IMG/VR virus record: IMGVR_UViG_2675903061_000001
Span: 24,380 to 88,379 of that record
Reading direction: 5' to 3' (one strand)
Source of the DNA: a virus
Taxonomy: Duplodnaviria; Caudoviricetes
DNA length: 64,000 nucleotides
The position numbers were made by a program, and so were the translations under genes. The notes under the pieces were generated by a model. The model was not told the DNA's origin. It did no database searches and saw only the letters and a list, made by a program, of their open reading frames with translations. Each line of letters starts with the position of its first letter. The first letter of the stretch is position 1. This document shows, one piece after another, positions 46,841 through 56,459 of the stretch.

Positions 46841-49800
46841 GTGCCTGACATTCGTGTGGAGATGGCGTTCGGCGCCGACCCGGGCGCCGACCCGGCGTCC
46901 TGGACGTGGACCGATGTGACCTCCACCCCGCGCGGGCATCTGCTCGCGCAGCAGGTCACGATCTCTCTCGGGCGCCCCGATCGGGGCAGCGAGACACAGC
47001 CTGCGCAGGCCGCGGTGATGCTGGACAACCCGGAGGGCTGGCTGACCCCCGGCAATCCTGTCTCGCCGTGGTGGCCGGATGTGGTGCTGGGTGTGCCGAC
47101 CCGGGTGTGGGTGCGCGCCGGGGACACGCATTTGCTGGCGCCCGATACGGCAGGGTCTCGCGCGCGCGTGGCGTCGTCTGCCGCGCTCAATGTCGCCGGT
47201 GACCTGGACGTGCGTGTCGAGATGGCGCTCGACCGTCTCCCCGCGCAGGACGCCCAGTTCGCCAATGTGGCCAACGAACTGATGGCCCGGTACAACACTG
47301 CGGCCAACGCGCGGATGTGGCGGCTGCTGCTGTCCGGCTTCGGCCGGCCCACGCTCACGTGGTCCACCACTGGGGCAGACTTCACCGAGATCATCGGGCC
47401 CGAGGCGGTGCCGTATGTCTCAGGGCAGCGGTTCGCGCTGCGCGCCACCCTGGATGTGGACGACGGCGCCGGAGGCCATGCGGTCGCCTTCTACGTCTCC
47501 GGGGCGCTCAGCGGCCCGTGGGTGCCCCTCGGGCGCCCGGTCACCGGGTCAGGTACGACCTCCATCAACACCTCCGGGGCGGCCGACCTGGAGCTGGCGG
47601 ACCTGTCCACCCAGGGTCTCGCGCGCGGAGCGGGCCGCTGGTACGGAGCCGAGCTGCGCAGCGGCATCGATGGCACGGTGCTGGCGGCGGCGGACTTCAC
47701 CACCCACGATCCAGGCACCACGTCCTTCACCGACCCGCAGGGCAACCTGTGGGAGATCCAGGGTGACGCCGGCTTCACCGACTACCAGCGCCGTCTCACC
47801 GGAGAGGTGGCGGAGATCGCGCCGTCGTGGCCGTATGGCGACCTGTCCGACCCCGACGACCCGGAGGGCACCCCCGGCGAGGCACGGGTCGCGGTCACGG
47901 TAGCCGGGGTCCTGCGCCGCCTCAGCTCCGGCCAGCCGCCGCTCCAGAGCACGCTGCGCCGCCGCATCCCCTCGGCCGACCCGGCGCCCCTGGCGTACTG
48001 GCCCATGGAGGACGGCCGCGACACGGGGGGCGAGGCTGCGTCCGCACTGCCCGACGGTGCTCCGCTGTCGCTGACGGGCGTGTCCTGGGCGGCCGATGAC
48101 ACCCTCGGCGGGTCCGCCGCGCTGCCCACCATGGGCAGCACGACCCGGCTGTACGGCACCGTCCAGGGCGCAGCGGCCGGGGGCTGGCAAGCCGAAATGG
48201 TGTACCGGCTGGAGGCGCTGCCGGCCACCGAACAGACCATGCTGCGGCTGTACCTGGAGTCCGCGTCCGGCGGCGTGCAGGCGGTGCGGGTGCGCTGCTC
48301 CACTGCCGGCATCAGGGTGCAGGCCCTCGGCGAAGACGATGCGGTCGTGGCCCAGTTTCTGTTCACCGACGCCGACGCGCTGGCGGATTTCGCCGGCACC
48401 TGGAACCGGCTGGCGCTCTTCTCCTACCAGGCAGGCACCGACTGCTATGTGCGGGCAGCCTGGCGGGACATCTCCGCCGGCTCCTACTGGTACGCCGGCA
48501 CCATCTGGGCGGGCACCACGGTCGGGAGCGTCCGCGCGGTGCGCGGCGCATGGGGCAGCGATTTCCAGGGCGCCGCCATCGGGCACCTGGCTGTATGGGC
48601 CGTCGGCGGCACCAGCTCGACTGCCCCGGGCGTCACCATCTACAACGGCGCGGACGACGGCTACGCGGGCGAGACCGCGCTGGCCCGGATGCGGCGCCTG
48701 GCACAGGAAGAGGGCTTCCCTCTCAGCGTGCCGGGCGACTCGTCGCTGTCGGCCCGGATGGGCCCGCAGCGCGTGGCCACCCTGCTGGACCTGCTCCAGG
48801 AGTGCGCCGACGCCGACGGCGGCATCCTGACCGAGCGCCGCACCGTAGCGGGCTTGCAGTACCTGCCGCGCCACTTGCTGTACAACCGGCCTGCGGCGAC
48901 CCTGGACGCGCGGGCCACGCTCGACGGGGCACCCGCGAGCGAGATCGCGCAGCCGTTCGAGCCGGTACTGGACGACCAGCGGCGCCGCAACAGCGTCACC
49001 GTGACCCGCACCGACGGGGCGAGCGCCCTGGCCCAGGACCCGGCCGACATCGCCCAGTCCGGCCTCCGGTCCGGAGGCCGTGAGCTCAACGTGGCCTCCG
49101 ACAATGTCCTGCCCGACATAGCCGCCTGGGAGGTGCACCTGGGGACCTGGCCCGGGATGCGCTACCCCGACATCACCACCGACCTGGTCGTGGCGCCTCA
49201 GCGCGCCGAGGACTGGCTCAGCGCCGCTCCCGGTACCCGCGTGCAGGTCACGGGCCTGCCGCCCCAGCACCCCCCGGGGGGCGCCGATCTGCTGATGGAG
49301 TACATCAGCGAGACGATCACCCCCACCCGGTGGTCCGCCACCGCGGCCTGCTCCCCGGCCGGCCCCTGGACGGTCGGCACGCTGGCGGGCGATGATCCGG
49401 CGCCTTCCGACCCGCCGCACCACCTGGATGCCGAGGATTCGGTGCTGGCGGTGCCCGCGACGGCCACGGACGGCACGCTGTGGGTGGACCCGCAGACCGA
49501 TCCGGACTGGGTGGTCACCGGCAGCTCGGAGTCCGACCCGGCGGATGTGCCGGTGGACATCTCGCTCGGCGGCGAGGTGGTGACGGTCACGAACATCGGG
49601 GAGCGGCGGGACACGGTGCTGCCCGCCGCGGCCGGGGGCGGGGACGCAGACGCGGCTGCAGCCACCGGCCATGTGGCGCCGGACGTGACCGCGGCGGCGG
49701 CCGGGCTGCTGGTCTGCTGCTGGGCCAGCTACTTCGAGCCGGGCACCTACACCATCCCCGTCAGCATGACCGAGGTCTCGCAGGGAGCCGGGTCCTTTTC

Positions 49801-50350
49801 GGCGGCGGCCTTGGCCACCGAGGCACTGGCCGGGGCCGGCGCGACCGGCACCCGCACCGCCGTGCTCGACATCGCCGACGCGTGGTCCGCGGTCTCCCTG
49901 GCGCTGCCGGGCGCCGTCACGGTGGAGGAGGCGCTGACCGGCTACGCCGCGGGCGACGACGTGCAGCTGACCACCGCCGCAGGCACCGCGGCCGGCTGGT
50001 GGCTCCTGGCGGTGCAGGCCGTGGACGAGGACGCGGCCGGGGAGATGGCCCCGCCGTCCGGCACCGGCTGGACCCTGGCCGCCGAGTCGGGCGGCGCGAC
50101 CGGCGCCACCTCCCGTATCCGGGCGTGGATGCGGCGGGTGGAGACCGCGGGCGCCCAGGAGGTCACCGTCACCGGCGGCTCCGGCATCACCGACTCCCGG
50201 GTGTGGCTGCTGACCCTGTCCGGCACCGACGGCGCACTGGTCGGCACCGGCCAGCCGTTCGCCGCGTCCCGCTCTGTCAACGGCATCAGCAAGAGCCACG
50301 CGGCCGGGACAGATGTGCGGCTCGCCCGCCCGATGATCGTGGCCCTGTAG
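46841..50350 (+). CDS. Large minor tail/baseplate protein with LamG-like domains
   Basis: 1169 aa after the tape measure; AYWPMEDG motif; RSVNGISKSHAAG C-terminus. Confidence 0.75.
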   Translation: MPDIRVEMAFGADPGADPASWTWTDVTSTPRGHLLAQQVTISLGRPDRGSETQPAQAAVMLDNPEGWLTPGNPVSPWWPDVVLGVPTRVWVRAGDTHLLAPDTAGSRARVASSAALNVAGDLDVRVEMALDRLPAQDAQFANVANELMARYNTAANARMWRLLLSGFGRPTLTWSTTGADFTEIIGPEAVPYVSGQRFALRATLDVDDGAGGHAVAFYVSGALSGPWVPLGRPVTGSGTTSINTSGAADLELADLSTQGLARGAGRWYGAELRSGIDGTVLAAADFTTHDPGTTSFTDPQGNLWEIQGDAGFTDYQRRLTGEVAEIAPSWPYGDLSDPDDPEGTPGEARVAVTVAGVLRRLSSGQPPLQSTLRRRIPSADPAPLAYWPMEDGRDTGGEAASALPDGAPLSLTGVSWAADDTLGGSAALPTMGSTTRLYGTVQGAAAGGWQAEMVYRLEALPATEQTMLRLYLESASGGVQAVRVRCSTAGIRVQALGEDDAVVAQFLFTDADALADFAGTWNRLALFSYQAGTDCYVRAAWRDISAGSYWYAGTIWAGTTVGSVRAVRGAWGSDFQGAAIGHLAVWAVGGTSSTAPGVTIYNGADDGYAGETALARMRRLAQEEGFPLSVPGDSSLSARMGPQRVATLLDLLQECADADGGILTERRTVAGLQYLPRHLLYNRPAATLDARATLDGAPASEIAQPFEPVLDDQRRRNSVTVTRTDGASALAQDPADIAQSGLRSGGRELNVASDNVLPDIAAWEVHLGTWPGMRYPDITTDLVVAPQRAEDWLSAAPGTRVQVTGLPPQHPPGGADLLMEYISETITPTRWSATAACSPAGPWTVGTLAGDDPAPSDPPHHLDAEDSVLAVPATATDGTLWVDPQTDPDWVVTGSSESDPADVPVDISLGGEVVTVTNIGERRDTVLPAAAGGGDADAAAATGHVAPDVTAAAAGLLVCCWASYFEPGTYTIPVSMTEVSQGAGSFSAAALATEALAGAGATGTRTAVLDIADAWSAVSLALPGAVTVEEALTGYAAGDDVQLTTAAGTAAGWWLLAVQAVDEDAAGEMAPPSGTGWTLAAESGGATGATSRIRAWMRRVETAGAQEVTVTGGSGITDSRVWLLTLSGTDGALVGTGQPFAASRSVNGISKSHAAGTDVRLARPMIVAL

Positions 50351-50359
50351 GAGGCACAG

Positions 50360-50875
50360 ATGACGACACCGCCGGGCCCGGCACGCCCGGGCATGGCCCT
50401 GACCGCCGGCCGCGTCAACCAGTGGCTGCTGCCGGGCACCGTGCTGTTCGAGGCGGGCCGGGAGCTCGCGCAGTCCATCACGACCGGCGCGACGCCCTCA
50501 TCCGCCAACGCCCTGTCCTGGGACGATGTGGAGCTCGACCCGCTGGAGGGGTGGGACGCGGGCGCGCCAACGCGCTACACCTGCCAGATTGCCGGCCGCT
50601 ACCGCCTGGAAGGCCGCGTGTCCTTCGTGGCATCGACCAGCGGCACCGTGCGGGCGGGCGGATGGTTCGTCAACGGCTCCCTGGTGGCGCAGTCCCGGGA
50701 CGCGATCACCCCCACGAGCCAGATTCACACCGTGGCGGCGGCTGTGACGCCGGTACTGCTGGCGGTCGGGGACTACGTCGAGCTGGCGGCCGGCCAGAAC
50801 AGCGGCGGGAATCTGGACACCGGCCCCGGCTCCACGCGCCCTCAGATCGTCATCACCTACACCGGCCAGCCATAA
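50360..50875 (+). CDS. Minor tail protein (C1q/beta-sandwich-like)
   Basis: TRYTCQIAGRY..GDYVEL..QNSGG. Confidence 0.65.
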   Translation: MTTPPGPARPGMALTAGRVNQWLLPGTVLFEAGRELAQSITTGATPSSANALSWDDVELDPLEGWDAGAPTRYTCQIAGRYRLEGRVSFVASTSGTVRAGGWFVNGSLVAQSRDAITPTSQIHTVAAAVTPVLLAVGDYVELAAGQNSGGNLDTGPGSTRPQIVITYTGQP

Positions 50876-50885
50876 GGGAGGACCC

Positions 50886-51146
50886 GTGGCCGCAGTCACC
50901 CAGCGGTACAGCTCTATCCAGTACGACGGCACCAACGGCGCGCACATCGTCACCGAGTGGCTGGAGTACGCCGACCTGATCTCGGACGACGGTCAGATGC
51001 TGCGGTTCCGCAGCAATGACCAGGATCACGCCGTGCCGGTCGGGCACTGGCTGATCCGCACGCCGCGGCCCCGTTTTTTCCACGAGTCCATGGATGCGGC
51101 CGACTACGCCCGGTACTGGGTTGAGGTCGGATCCGAACCGGCCTGA
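50886..51146 (+). CDS. hypothetical protein
   Basis: GGAGG RBS; IQYDGTN motif. Confidence 0.65.
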   Translation: MAAVTQRYSSIQYDGTNGAHIVTEWLEYADLISDDGQMLRFRSNDQDHAVPVGHWLIRTPRPRFFHESMDAADYARYWVEVGSEPA

Positions 51147-51206
51147 TTGCCGTCCTTGGCCGACGCCCCGCCCCTGTGCGGGGTGTGGCCAGAAAGGAGG
51201 TGTGCC

Positions 51207-52043
51207 GTGGCTTGGTATCCGGGCGCGATCAAGATGGAGCTCCAGCCCGAGTCGGACGCCCAGCCGGCGATCCGGCCGACGCAGTTCATCGTGCACAGCA
51301 TCGTGGCGCCGTGGACTCCGGAGCGGACCTACGAGCACTGGAAGAACTCCACGAATCTGGAGTCCCACTTCGGTCTCGGTTACGACGGCCGGATGGGCCA
51401 GTACATCGGCACCGAGACGAGGGCCGACGCCAATGCGGCGGCCAACCGGCGGCCGGACGGGACGGGCGCAGTCTCCATTGAGACCGCCTCCAACACCTCC
51501 GCGACGGACCCGTGGACGCCGGAGCAGGTCGAGGCGCTGGTGCGCCTCGGGGTGTGGCTGCACCGCACCCACGGCATCCCGCTGCGCGTCTGCCGCAGCC
51601 ATTCGGACCCGGGCTACGGCTACCACTCGCTTCACCGCGAATGGTCCACGAGCGGGACGGCGTGCCCGGGGCGGCCGCGCATCGCGCAGTTCCGGGACGA
51701 GGTGTTCCCGGCCATCGTGGCCCGCGCCTCTGGGGCGTCGGCCACGCCGAGCAAGGAGGACGACATGCCGAGTGCCGAAGAAGTGGCCGCGGAGGTGTGG
51801 CGGCATCGTCTGCCTCACCCGCGGGCGGACATCACGATCACCGCGGCGACGCTGCTCCGGCAGGCGTGGATCAAGGTGGAGCGGACCGAGGCGCGGATCG
51901 TCGCACAGGCGGCCGTGATCGAGCAGCTCGCCGCCGCCCTGGCCGCGCACCACCAGGAGATCGATCCGGACGGCCTGATCGCGCGGATCGAGGCCGCGAT
52001 CGAGGGCATCACCGTGCGCCTCGACGTACAGGAAGAGAGCTGA
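51207..52043 (+). CDS. Endolysin, N-acetylmuramoyl-L-alanine amidase
   Basis: IVHS, SHF, ADAN, SIET, H..WS..TACPG amidase_2 motifs. Confidence 0.88.
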   Translation: MAWYPGAIKMELQPESDAQPAIRPTQFIVHSIVAPWTPERTYEHWKNSTNLESHFGLGYDGRMGQYIGTETRADANAAANRRPDGTGAVSIETASNTSATDPWTPEQVEALVRLGVWLHRTHGIPLRVCRSHSDPGYGYHSLHREWSTSGTACPGRPRIAQFRDEVFPAIVARASGASATPSKEDDMPSAEEVAAEVWRHRLPHPRADITITAATLLRQAWIKVERTEARIVAQAAVIEQLAAALAAHHQEIDPDGLIARIEAAIEGITVRLDVQEES

Positions 52044-52045
52044 AC

Positions 52046-52321
52046 GTGGGAGACAAGGCGGTCGTGGTGCTGGCGCAGGTGGCGGTCTTCGCTATCAGCG
52101 TGGCCGGGTACGTGGCGCTGTCCGTGAAGGGTGAGGCGACGGCGGAGTACGTCGCCCTGGTCGGTCCCGTGCTGGGCGCGGCGTTCCTGATGACGCACCT
52201 GAAAGGCCAGGACGGGGTGCTGGCGAAAATCGAGGAGAACACCAACGGCGTGCTCACCAAGCGGATCGAGGACGCGGTGCGGGAGGCCCTCAGCGGCCGG
52301 GACGGGGGCGATGGTGCCTGA
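52046..52321 (+). CDS. Holin-like membrane protein
   Basis: Two TM helices; follows the endolysin. Confidence 0.6.
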   Translation: MGDKAVVVLAQVAVFAISVAGYVALSVKGEATAEYVALVGPVLGAAFLMTHLKGQDGVLAKIEENTNGVLTKRIEDAVREALSGRDGGDGA

Positions 52322-52538
52322 GGCGGTGTGGGGTCCGCTGCTGGCGGCGGTCGGCGCGGCGGTGGTGGTCGGGGCCGGGTTCGAGACGCGGGCCCTGATC
52401 TCCCGGCGCACCGGGGACACCCTGAGCGAGTTCATGCGCCCGTGGGCGCGGCGGCACCCGCGGACGTTCATCGCGGCCTGCGCGGCGCTGGTCGCGGTCG
52501 GCGCCTGGCTGCCGTTCCACATCCTCGGCGGCGAGTGA
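52311..52538 (+). CDS. Small two-TM membrane protein (lysis accessory)
   Basis: GDTLSE motif, two hydrophobic helices. Confidence 0.6.
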   Translation: MVPEAVWGPLLAAVGAAVVVGAGFETRALISRRTGDTLSEFMRPWARRHPRTFIAACAALVAVGAWLPFHILGGE

Positions 52539-52648
52539 CCTACCAACGATCTACCAATTGCCGTCCGCTGGCCGAAGCCAGTGTTTCACCCCCTTTCCGA
52601 AACAGGAAAACCCCTCATCTCCTCCCGGGCGCCCCCATACTGCGGTGC

Positions 52649-52939
52649 ATGGCTGATGACATTGCCGCGTTCGTCGCGGCCCATCCGGTACGTCCTGGCT
52701 TCACCGCCGCGCAGATGATCGACGTGTGGGAGCACGTCGCGGGCATCCATGCCCGCGCTGCTGCTTCCGCGGCCAGCAATGAGGAGACCGAGCAGCACAT
52801 GGACGCTGCCGCGACCCGGTGGCAGGTGATTGCCGCGACCCGGTGGGTGCAGAGGCACCACGGCACCGCGGCCGCGGACGCCTTCGTGACGTACCTCGGA
52901 GACACGTCCAGCGCCCGGGCATCCGCCGCCAGGGCCTAA
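52649..52939 (+). CDS. hypothetical protein (probably leaderless)
   Basis: CATACT -10 seven nt before ATG; no RBS. Confidence 0.55.
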   Translation: MADDIAAFVAAHPVRPGFTAAQMIDVWEHVAGIHARAAASAASNEETEQHMDAAATRWQVIAATRWVQRHHGTAAADAFVTYLGDTSSARASAARA

Positions 52940-52962
52940 CCCCGCCCTGCGGCACACACGAT

Positions 52963-52998
52963 GCCCCCGCTCGCTGGCTACGGCCGGCGAGCGGGGGC
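52963..52998. terminator. Terminator between convergent genes
   Basis: GCCCCCGCTCGCTGG..CCGGCGAGCGGGGGC hairpin. Confidence 0.7.
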
Positions 52999-53015
52999 TT
53001 CTGTCGTGCCCGAGG

Positions 53016-53321
53016 TCAGTTCTTGCGGCGGGGGCAGGCCAGGCAGATGCGGGCGCTGACGGTGGGGCGCCTGACCTCTCCTCCCAGGGGCGTGCCGTAG
53101 CCTCGGCGGCATGTCTCGACGGCGGCTGCGTCGAGGTAAGGGTCGTGGTCGCACTCGCCCTCCCCTCGCGGGGTGCGCCGCGCGACGGCGAGGGCCTTGT
53201 CGAGCATCTCGTCGTCGCCGTCGGTTGGGTCGAGTTCGATCTCGTAGGTCTCCAGGATGTGGCCGCGGGCTACGACGCACGCGTCAGCCACGAGCCCGGC
53301 CATGATGTTTCTGCTGGTCAT
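53016..53321 (-). CDS. hypothetical protein
   Basis: ATGA overlap with the upstream gene; frame of ORF 53016..53960. Confidence 0.6.
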   Translation of the reverse strand: MTSRNIMAGLVADACVVARGHILETYEIELDPTDGDDEMLDKALAVARRTPRGEGECDHDPYLDAAAVETCRRGYGTPLGGEVRRPTVSARICLACPRRKN

Positions 53322-53896
53322 GATGCCACCTTCTCCGTGAGGTTTCCGCGCTGCACGTAGTACGCGCGCATGAAGGCGATCGCTTCGGCGTCGTTCATGC
53401 GCTCTTCGACGCCGAGGCCGCTGCCTTCCTGCGCCCCCCGGGCGTAGATCTCTTCCAGGGTCTGTTCGGCGAGTTCGGCGGCGGCGGGGTGGGTCTCGCG
53501 CAGGGTCTTGAGGTCCCGCGCGATGGCCGGGGTGGCCTGGGCCACGACGCCGGCGGGGAGGTGGCTCTGCGTCCACCACGGCTCGATGGTCTTCCACGCC
53601 TGCCCGCGTCCGCGCAGTTGGTCGTCGATGAAGGACAGGACGCCGGACCAGCAGCCGGTCACGTCGGCCGGGTGGAGGTTCTCCAGTGGGTTGTCGACCG
53701 CGCGGGCGAGGATGCGGGAGACGGCCTGCTGGGTGATGCCGGCGGCTTGGGCGAGGCGGACCTGGGTCCAGAGTTCGGGGTCCTCGCGGCGCAGTTGAAG
53801 GATCAGGTCGGCGCGGGCGGCCTCGGCGGCGCGGCCTTCGGCGACCTTCCGGTTGAGTTCGGCGAAGCGGTCGGCCTGTGTGGACGGGGTGGGCAT
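53318..53896 (-). CDS. HTH domain protein
   Basis: WTQVRLAQAAGITQQAVSRIL; AAGGAG RBS. Confidence 0.7.
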   Translation of the reverse strand: MPTPSTQADRFAELNRKVAEGRAAEAARADLILQLRREDPELWTQVRLAQAAGITQQAVSRILARAVDNPLENLHPADVTGCWSGVLSFIDDQLRGRGQAWKTIEPWWTQSHLPAGVVAQATPAIARDLKTLRETHPAAAELAEQTLEEIYARGAQEGSGLGVEERMNDAEAIAFMRAYYVQRGNLTEKVAS

Positions 53897-53917
53897 GGGT
53901 GGTGGGCTCCTTGGTGG

Positions 53918-54499
53918 TCAGCAGCAGGTGCAGACGCCGCCGTAGCGGCCGGAGGGGCACTCGCAGCGGATGCTGCGGCGGCCCGGGGTGGCGAGGGGCT
54001 TGAGGGTGTCAATCCAGTGGCTGGCGCCGGCGGAGGTGAGGAGGTGGGCGTCGTCGGCGGGGTAGTTGGGGGGGAGGCGGTGGCTGTCGGCGGCGCGGCG
54101 GGCGAGGCTGCGCAGGTAGTCGAGCTGGCGGGCGGTGGCGGGGCGGCCGTGGCCGTAGCGCTGGGCGAGGTGCTGGCGGGTGGTGTTCTCGCGGGCCATG
54201 CGCTGGATGGTGTCGGCCTTGTGGGAGCAGGTGAAGCAGGGGCGGGTGGTGGCGCCGGGCAGTGCGTGCCAGCGCAGCCAGGTGTCGTGGCCGCAGGTGT
54301 GGGTGATGCGCCAGGTGGGGGTGTGGGTGCGGCGGGCGAAGTGGCGGCGCTGTTCGATCAGGACGCGGGTGCGGAGGCTGGTGGCGTCGATGTCCCACCG
54401 CCCGGCGGTCTTGGTGGCGGCGACGACGCCCGTCCGGCACCAGTTGCGGATGGTCGCGACGGTGCGGCCGGTGGTCTGTGCAGCGGTGGCGGTGTCCAT
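53918..54499 (-). CDS. Xis-like HTH fused to an unknown domain
   Basis: MDTATAAQTTGRTVATIRNWCRTG..GRWDID; ATARQLDYL motif. Confidence 0.7.
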   Translation of the reverse strand: MDTATAAQTTGRTVATIRNWCRTGVVAATKTAGRWDIDATSLRTRVLIEQRRHFARRTHTPTWRITHTCGHDTWLRWHALPGATTRPCFTCSHKADTIQRMARENTTRQHLAQRYGHGRPATARQLDYLRSLARRAADSHRLPPNYPADDAHLLTSAGASHWIDTLKPLATPGRRSIRCECPSGRYGGVCTCC

Positions 54500-54510
54500 C
54501 GGAGTCCCCC

Positions 54511-54561
54511 TACAACTTCGGCGTACAACTCGATAGTACAACCGCGTTGTGGGGGGTGCAA
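54511..54561 (-). promoter_or_regulatory. Sigma70-type promoter with operator repeats
   Basis: TTGCAC-N17-TACTAT; TACAAC at 54511, 54524 and 54537 (13-bp period). Confidence 0.7.
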
Positions 54562-54598
54562 GTCGCATGCCGAGCTCCTTTCAGAAAGCGAGTCAGCC

Positions 54599-54865
54599 TC
54601 AGAACGGCGCTGGCCCGGACCCCTGCACGTCCAGCCGGCCAGCGCCTTCGTGGTGCTGCCGGGGGACGACGCGCCCTGCCCGGCCGCTGGGCAGCTCCAG
54701 GCGCAGCTCTGTCGCGCCGTAGGCGTCGTACAGGTCGGCGTCCGGGCCGAGCAGGTGGCCGAGCCAGCAGGGGAACGGGCCGCCCGGCTCCACCCTGAGC
54801 ACGGCCGTGACCTCGGTGGGGATGCTGTCGGCGACCAGGGTTGCCGCCCCCTCGTAGCTGTCCAC
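54599..54865 (-). CDS. small beta-rich protein (probably leaderless)
   Basis: CACACT seven nt before GTG; YEGAATL..GSGPAPF. Confidence 0.55.
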   Translation of the reverse strand: MDSYEGAATLVADSIPTEVTAVLRVEPGGPFPCWLGHLLGPDADLYDAYGATELRLELPSGRAGRVVPRQHHEGAGRLDVQGSGPAPF

Positions 54866-54915
54866 GGCGCCCAGTGTGCCGGGCCGCACCGACAGCCCCA
54901 GCCCGGCCCGGCCCG

Positions 54916-55419
54916 TCAATCGATCGCGTCCAGGCCGCGCTCGATGATCTCCCGCAGCGCGGCAGCCTTCTCCAGCCCTCGCTCCTGCGCGTAGGCGTCC
55001 ACCTGCGCCCACCGCTCCGGCGACAGCCGCACCTCCCGCTTCGGCCCGACCGACGGCCGGCCCACCGTGGTGCCCTCCTCCGGCAGCCCAGTGAAGTACC
55101 GCTCCACGGCGTCCTGGTGCTGGCTGCGTATCAGCCAGTCCCGGGCCACATCCGGCGGAACGTACTCATAGCGGGCCATGGTGTCGTGGTACTGACTCCA
55201 GGAGCACAGCACCCACTTCCCGCCCCGGGTGCGGTACAGCTCCTGGTGGTGGCCCATCTTCTCGGTGGCCAGGGACATCTGGCCGTCCCGGCCGCCGGTC
55301 GCCTCTTCGAAACGCTCGGCCTTGTCGGGGTCGAACCAGCCCGCCGCGCGGGGCGTGACGGGCTCGTCGGGGTGAGCATGCGCAGGGCGGCTGTAGTCGT
55401 AGATCCCGGTGCGTGCCAT
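54916..55419 (-). CDS. Protein with C-terminal ribbon-helix-helix domain
   Basis: GRPSVGPKREVRL..VDAYAQERGLEKAAALREIIERGL. Confidence 0.72.
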   Translation of the reverse strand: MARTGIYDYSRPAHAHPDEPVTPRAAGWFDPDKAERFEEATGGRDGQMSLATEKMGHHQELYRTRGGKWVLCSWSQYHDTMARYEYVPPDVARDWLIRSQHQDAVERYFTGLPEEGTTVGRPSVGPKREVRLSPERWAQVDAYAQERGLEKAAALREIIERGLDAID

Positions 55420-55438
55420 GGCAGGTGCTCCTGTCAGG

Positions 55439-56074
55439 TCAGAGGGAGGCGAAGGGGCGCTCGGTGAAGTGGGCGTCGGCCTCGCAGTCGGGGCAGACGA
55501 ACGCGACGCGGTCGAGGCTGTCGCGGCGCAGGATGGATGCGCCGTAGGTGCCGCACTCGGCGCAGGCGAGGCCCCGCTGGGGGTGGTGGGTGTTGGGGGC
55601 GGGTTCGGCCCAGGTCATGCCGGGGTCGGTGTCGCCGAGTTCGCGGCGGCGGCCGGTGAGGATCTGCCGCGTGGTGCCGCGCGTGGTGCGCACCTGCACG
55701 ATGGCGTAGTTCTTCTCCACCAGGCGGCCGTCCTTGAGGCGGACGGCGGCGGTGTAGTGGGTGCCGTGGTCGCCGGGCGTGTCGGTGGGGGCTTCCTTGG
55801 CGGCGTCCAGGGCGGCACGGAATGCGGTGGTGGGCAGATGGACCATGCGCGTGTCGCCGGTGGTCTGGTAGGTGGGGGCGATGGTGGTGGTGTCCCAGCC
55901 GGCGCGCTGGCAGAGGGTGGCGAGGCGGAGGCGCCCGGCGGCCCACTGGGAGGCGCGGTTGAGGTTGGCGGCGACCTGGGAGAGGGAGGTGTGGACGCCG
56001 TAGTCGCGGAGGCTGTCGAGGAGGTCGCGGGCGTGCTGCTGGTCGTCTTTGGTGAGTTTGTTCCAGGTGGTCAT
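55439..56074 (-). CDS. hypothetical protein with C-terminal Zn ribbon
   Basis: GGAGG RBS; CAEC..CPDC. Confidence 0.65.
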   Translation of the reverse strand: MTTWNKLTKDDQQHARDLLDSLRDYGVHTSLSQVAANLNRASQWAAGRLRLATLCQRAGWDTTTIAPTYQTTGDTRMVHLPTTAFRAALDAAKEAPTDTPGDHGTHYTAAVRLKDGRLVEKNYAIVQVRTTRGTTRQILTGRRRELGDTDPGMTWAEPAPNTHHPQRGLACAECGTYGASILRRDSLDRVAFVCPDCEADAHFTERPFASL

Positions 56075-56113
56075 GGTGGTCTCCCTCCCATCGCGGCATT
56101 TCCGCATGTGTTA

Positions 56114-56142
56114 ACCATGGCAGGGATTAGCGCATGCGTCAA
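56114..56142 (-). promoter_or_regulatory. Sigma70-type promoter
   Basis: TTGACG-N17-CATGGT. Confidence 0.55.
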
Positions 56143-56212
56143 TTATGGCTGCAATGGGCAACGGCCCTGACGCGCCGCCCCGCTGTCACACCCCCGTGCG
56201 ACACTGCCGTCC

Positions 56213-56449
56213 GTGGTGACTGTGCCTGAGCTCGTGGCCGTTGAGGGCCGCCGCCTCGGCCTGGACGAGCGCATGGTGGCCGAGGTGTACGACGCCCTCA
56301 CCTGTGAGGAGGGCCCCGGCCGGCCGTGGCCGGACGACGACGTCGTCCAGGTGATGGAGTCCCTCATCGTGCCCGACTGGGCCTCCCCGGACACCATCGC
56401 CGCCATTGTGCGCGGAGTGGTCGCAGCAGACCGGAAGGAACTCGGGTAG
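56213..56449 (+). CDS. small acidic hypothetical protein (probably leaderless)
   Basis: GACACT seven nt before GTG. Confidence 0.5.
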   Translation: MVTVPELVAVEGRRLGLDERMVAEVYDALTCEEGPGRPWPDDDVVQVMESLIVPDWASPDTIAAIVRGVVAADRKELG

Positions 56450-56459
56450 ACGGCGGCGC

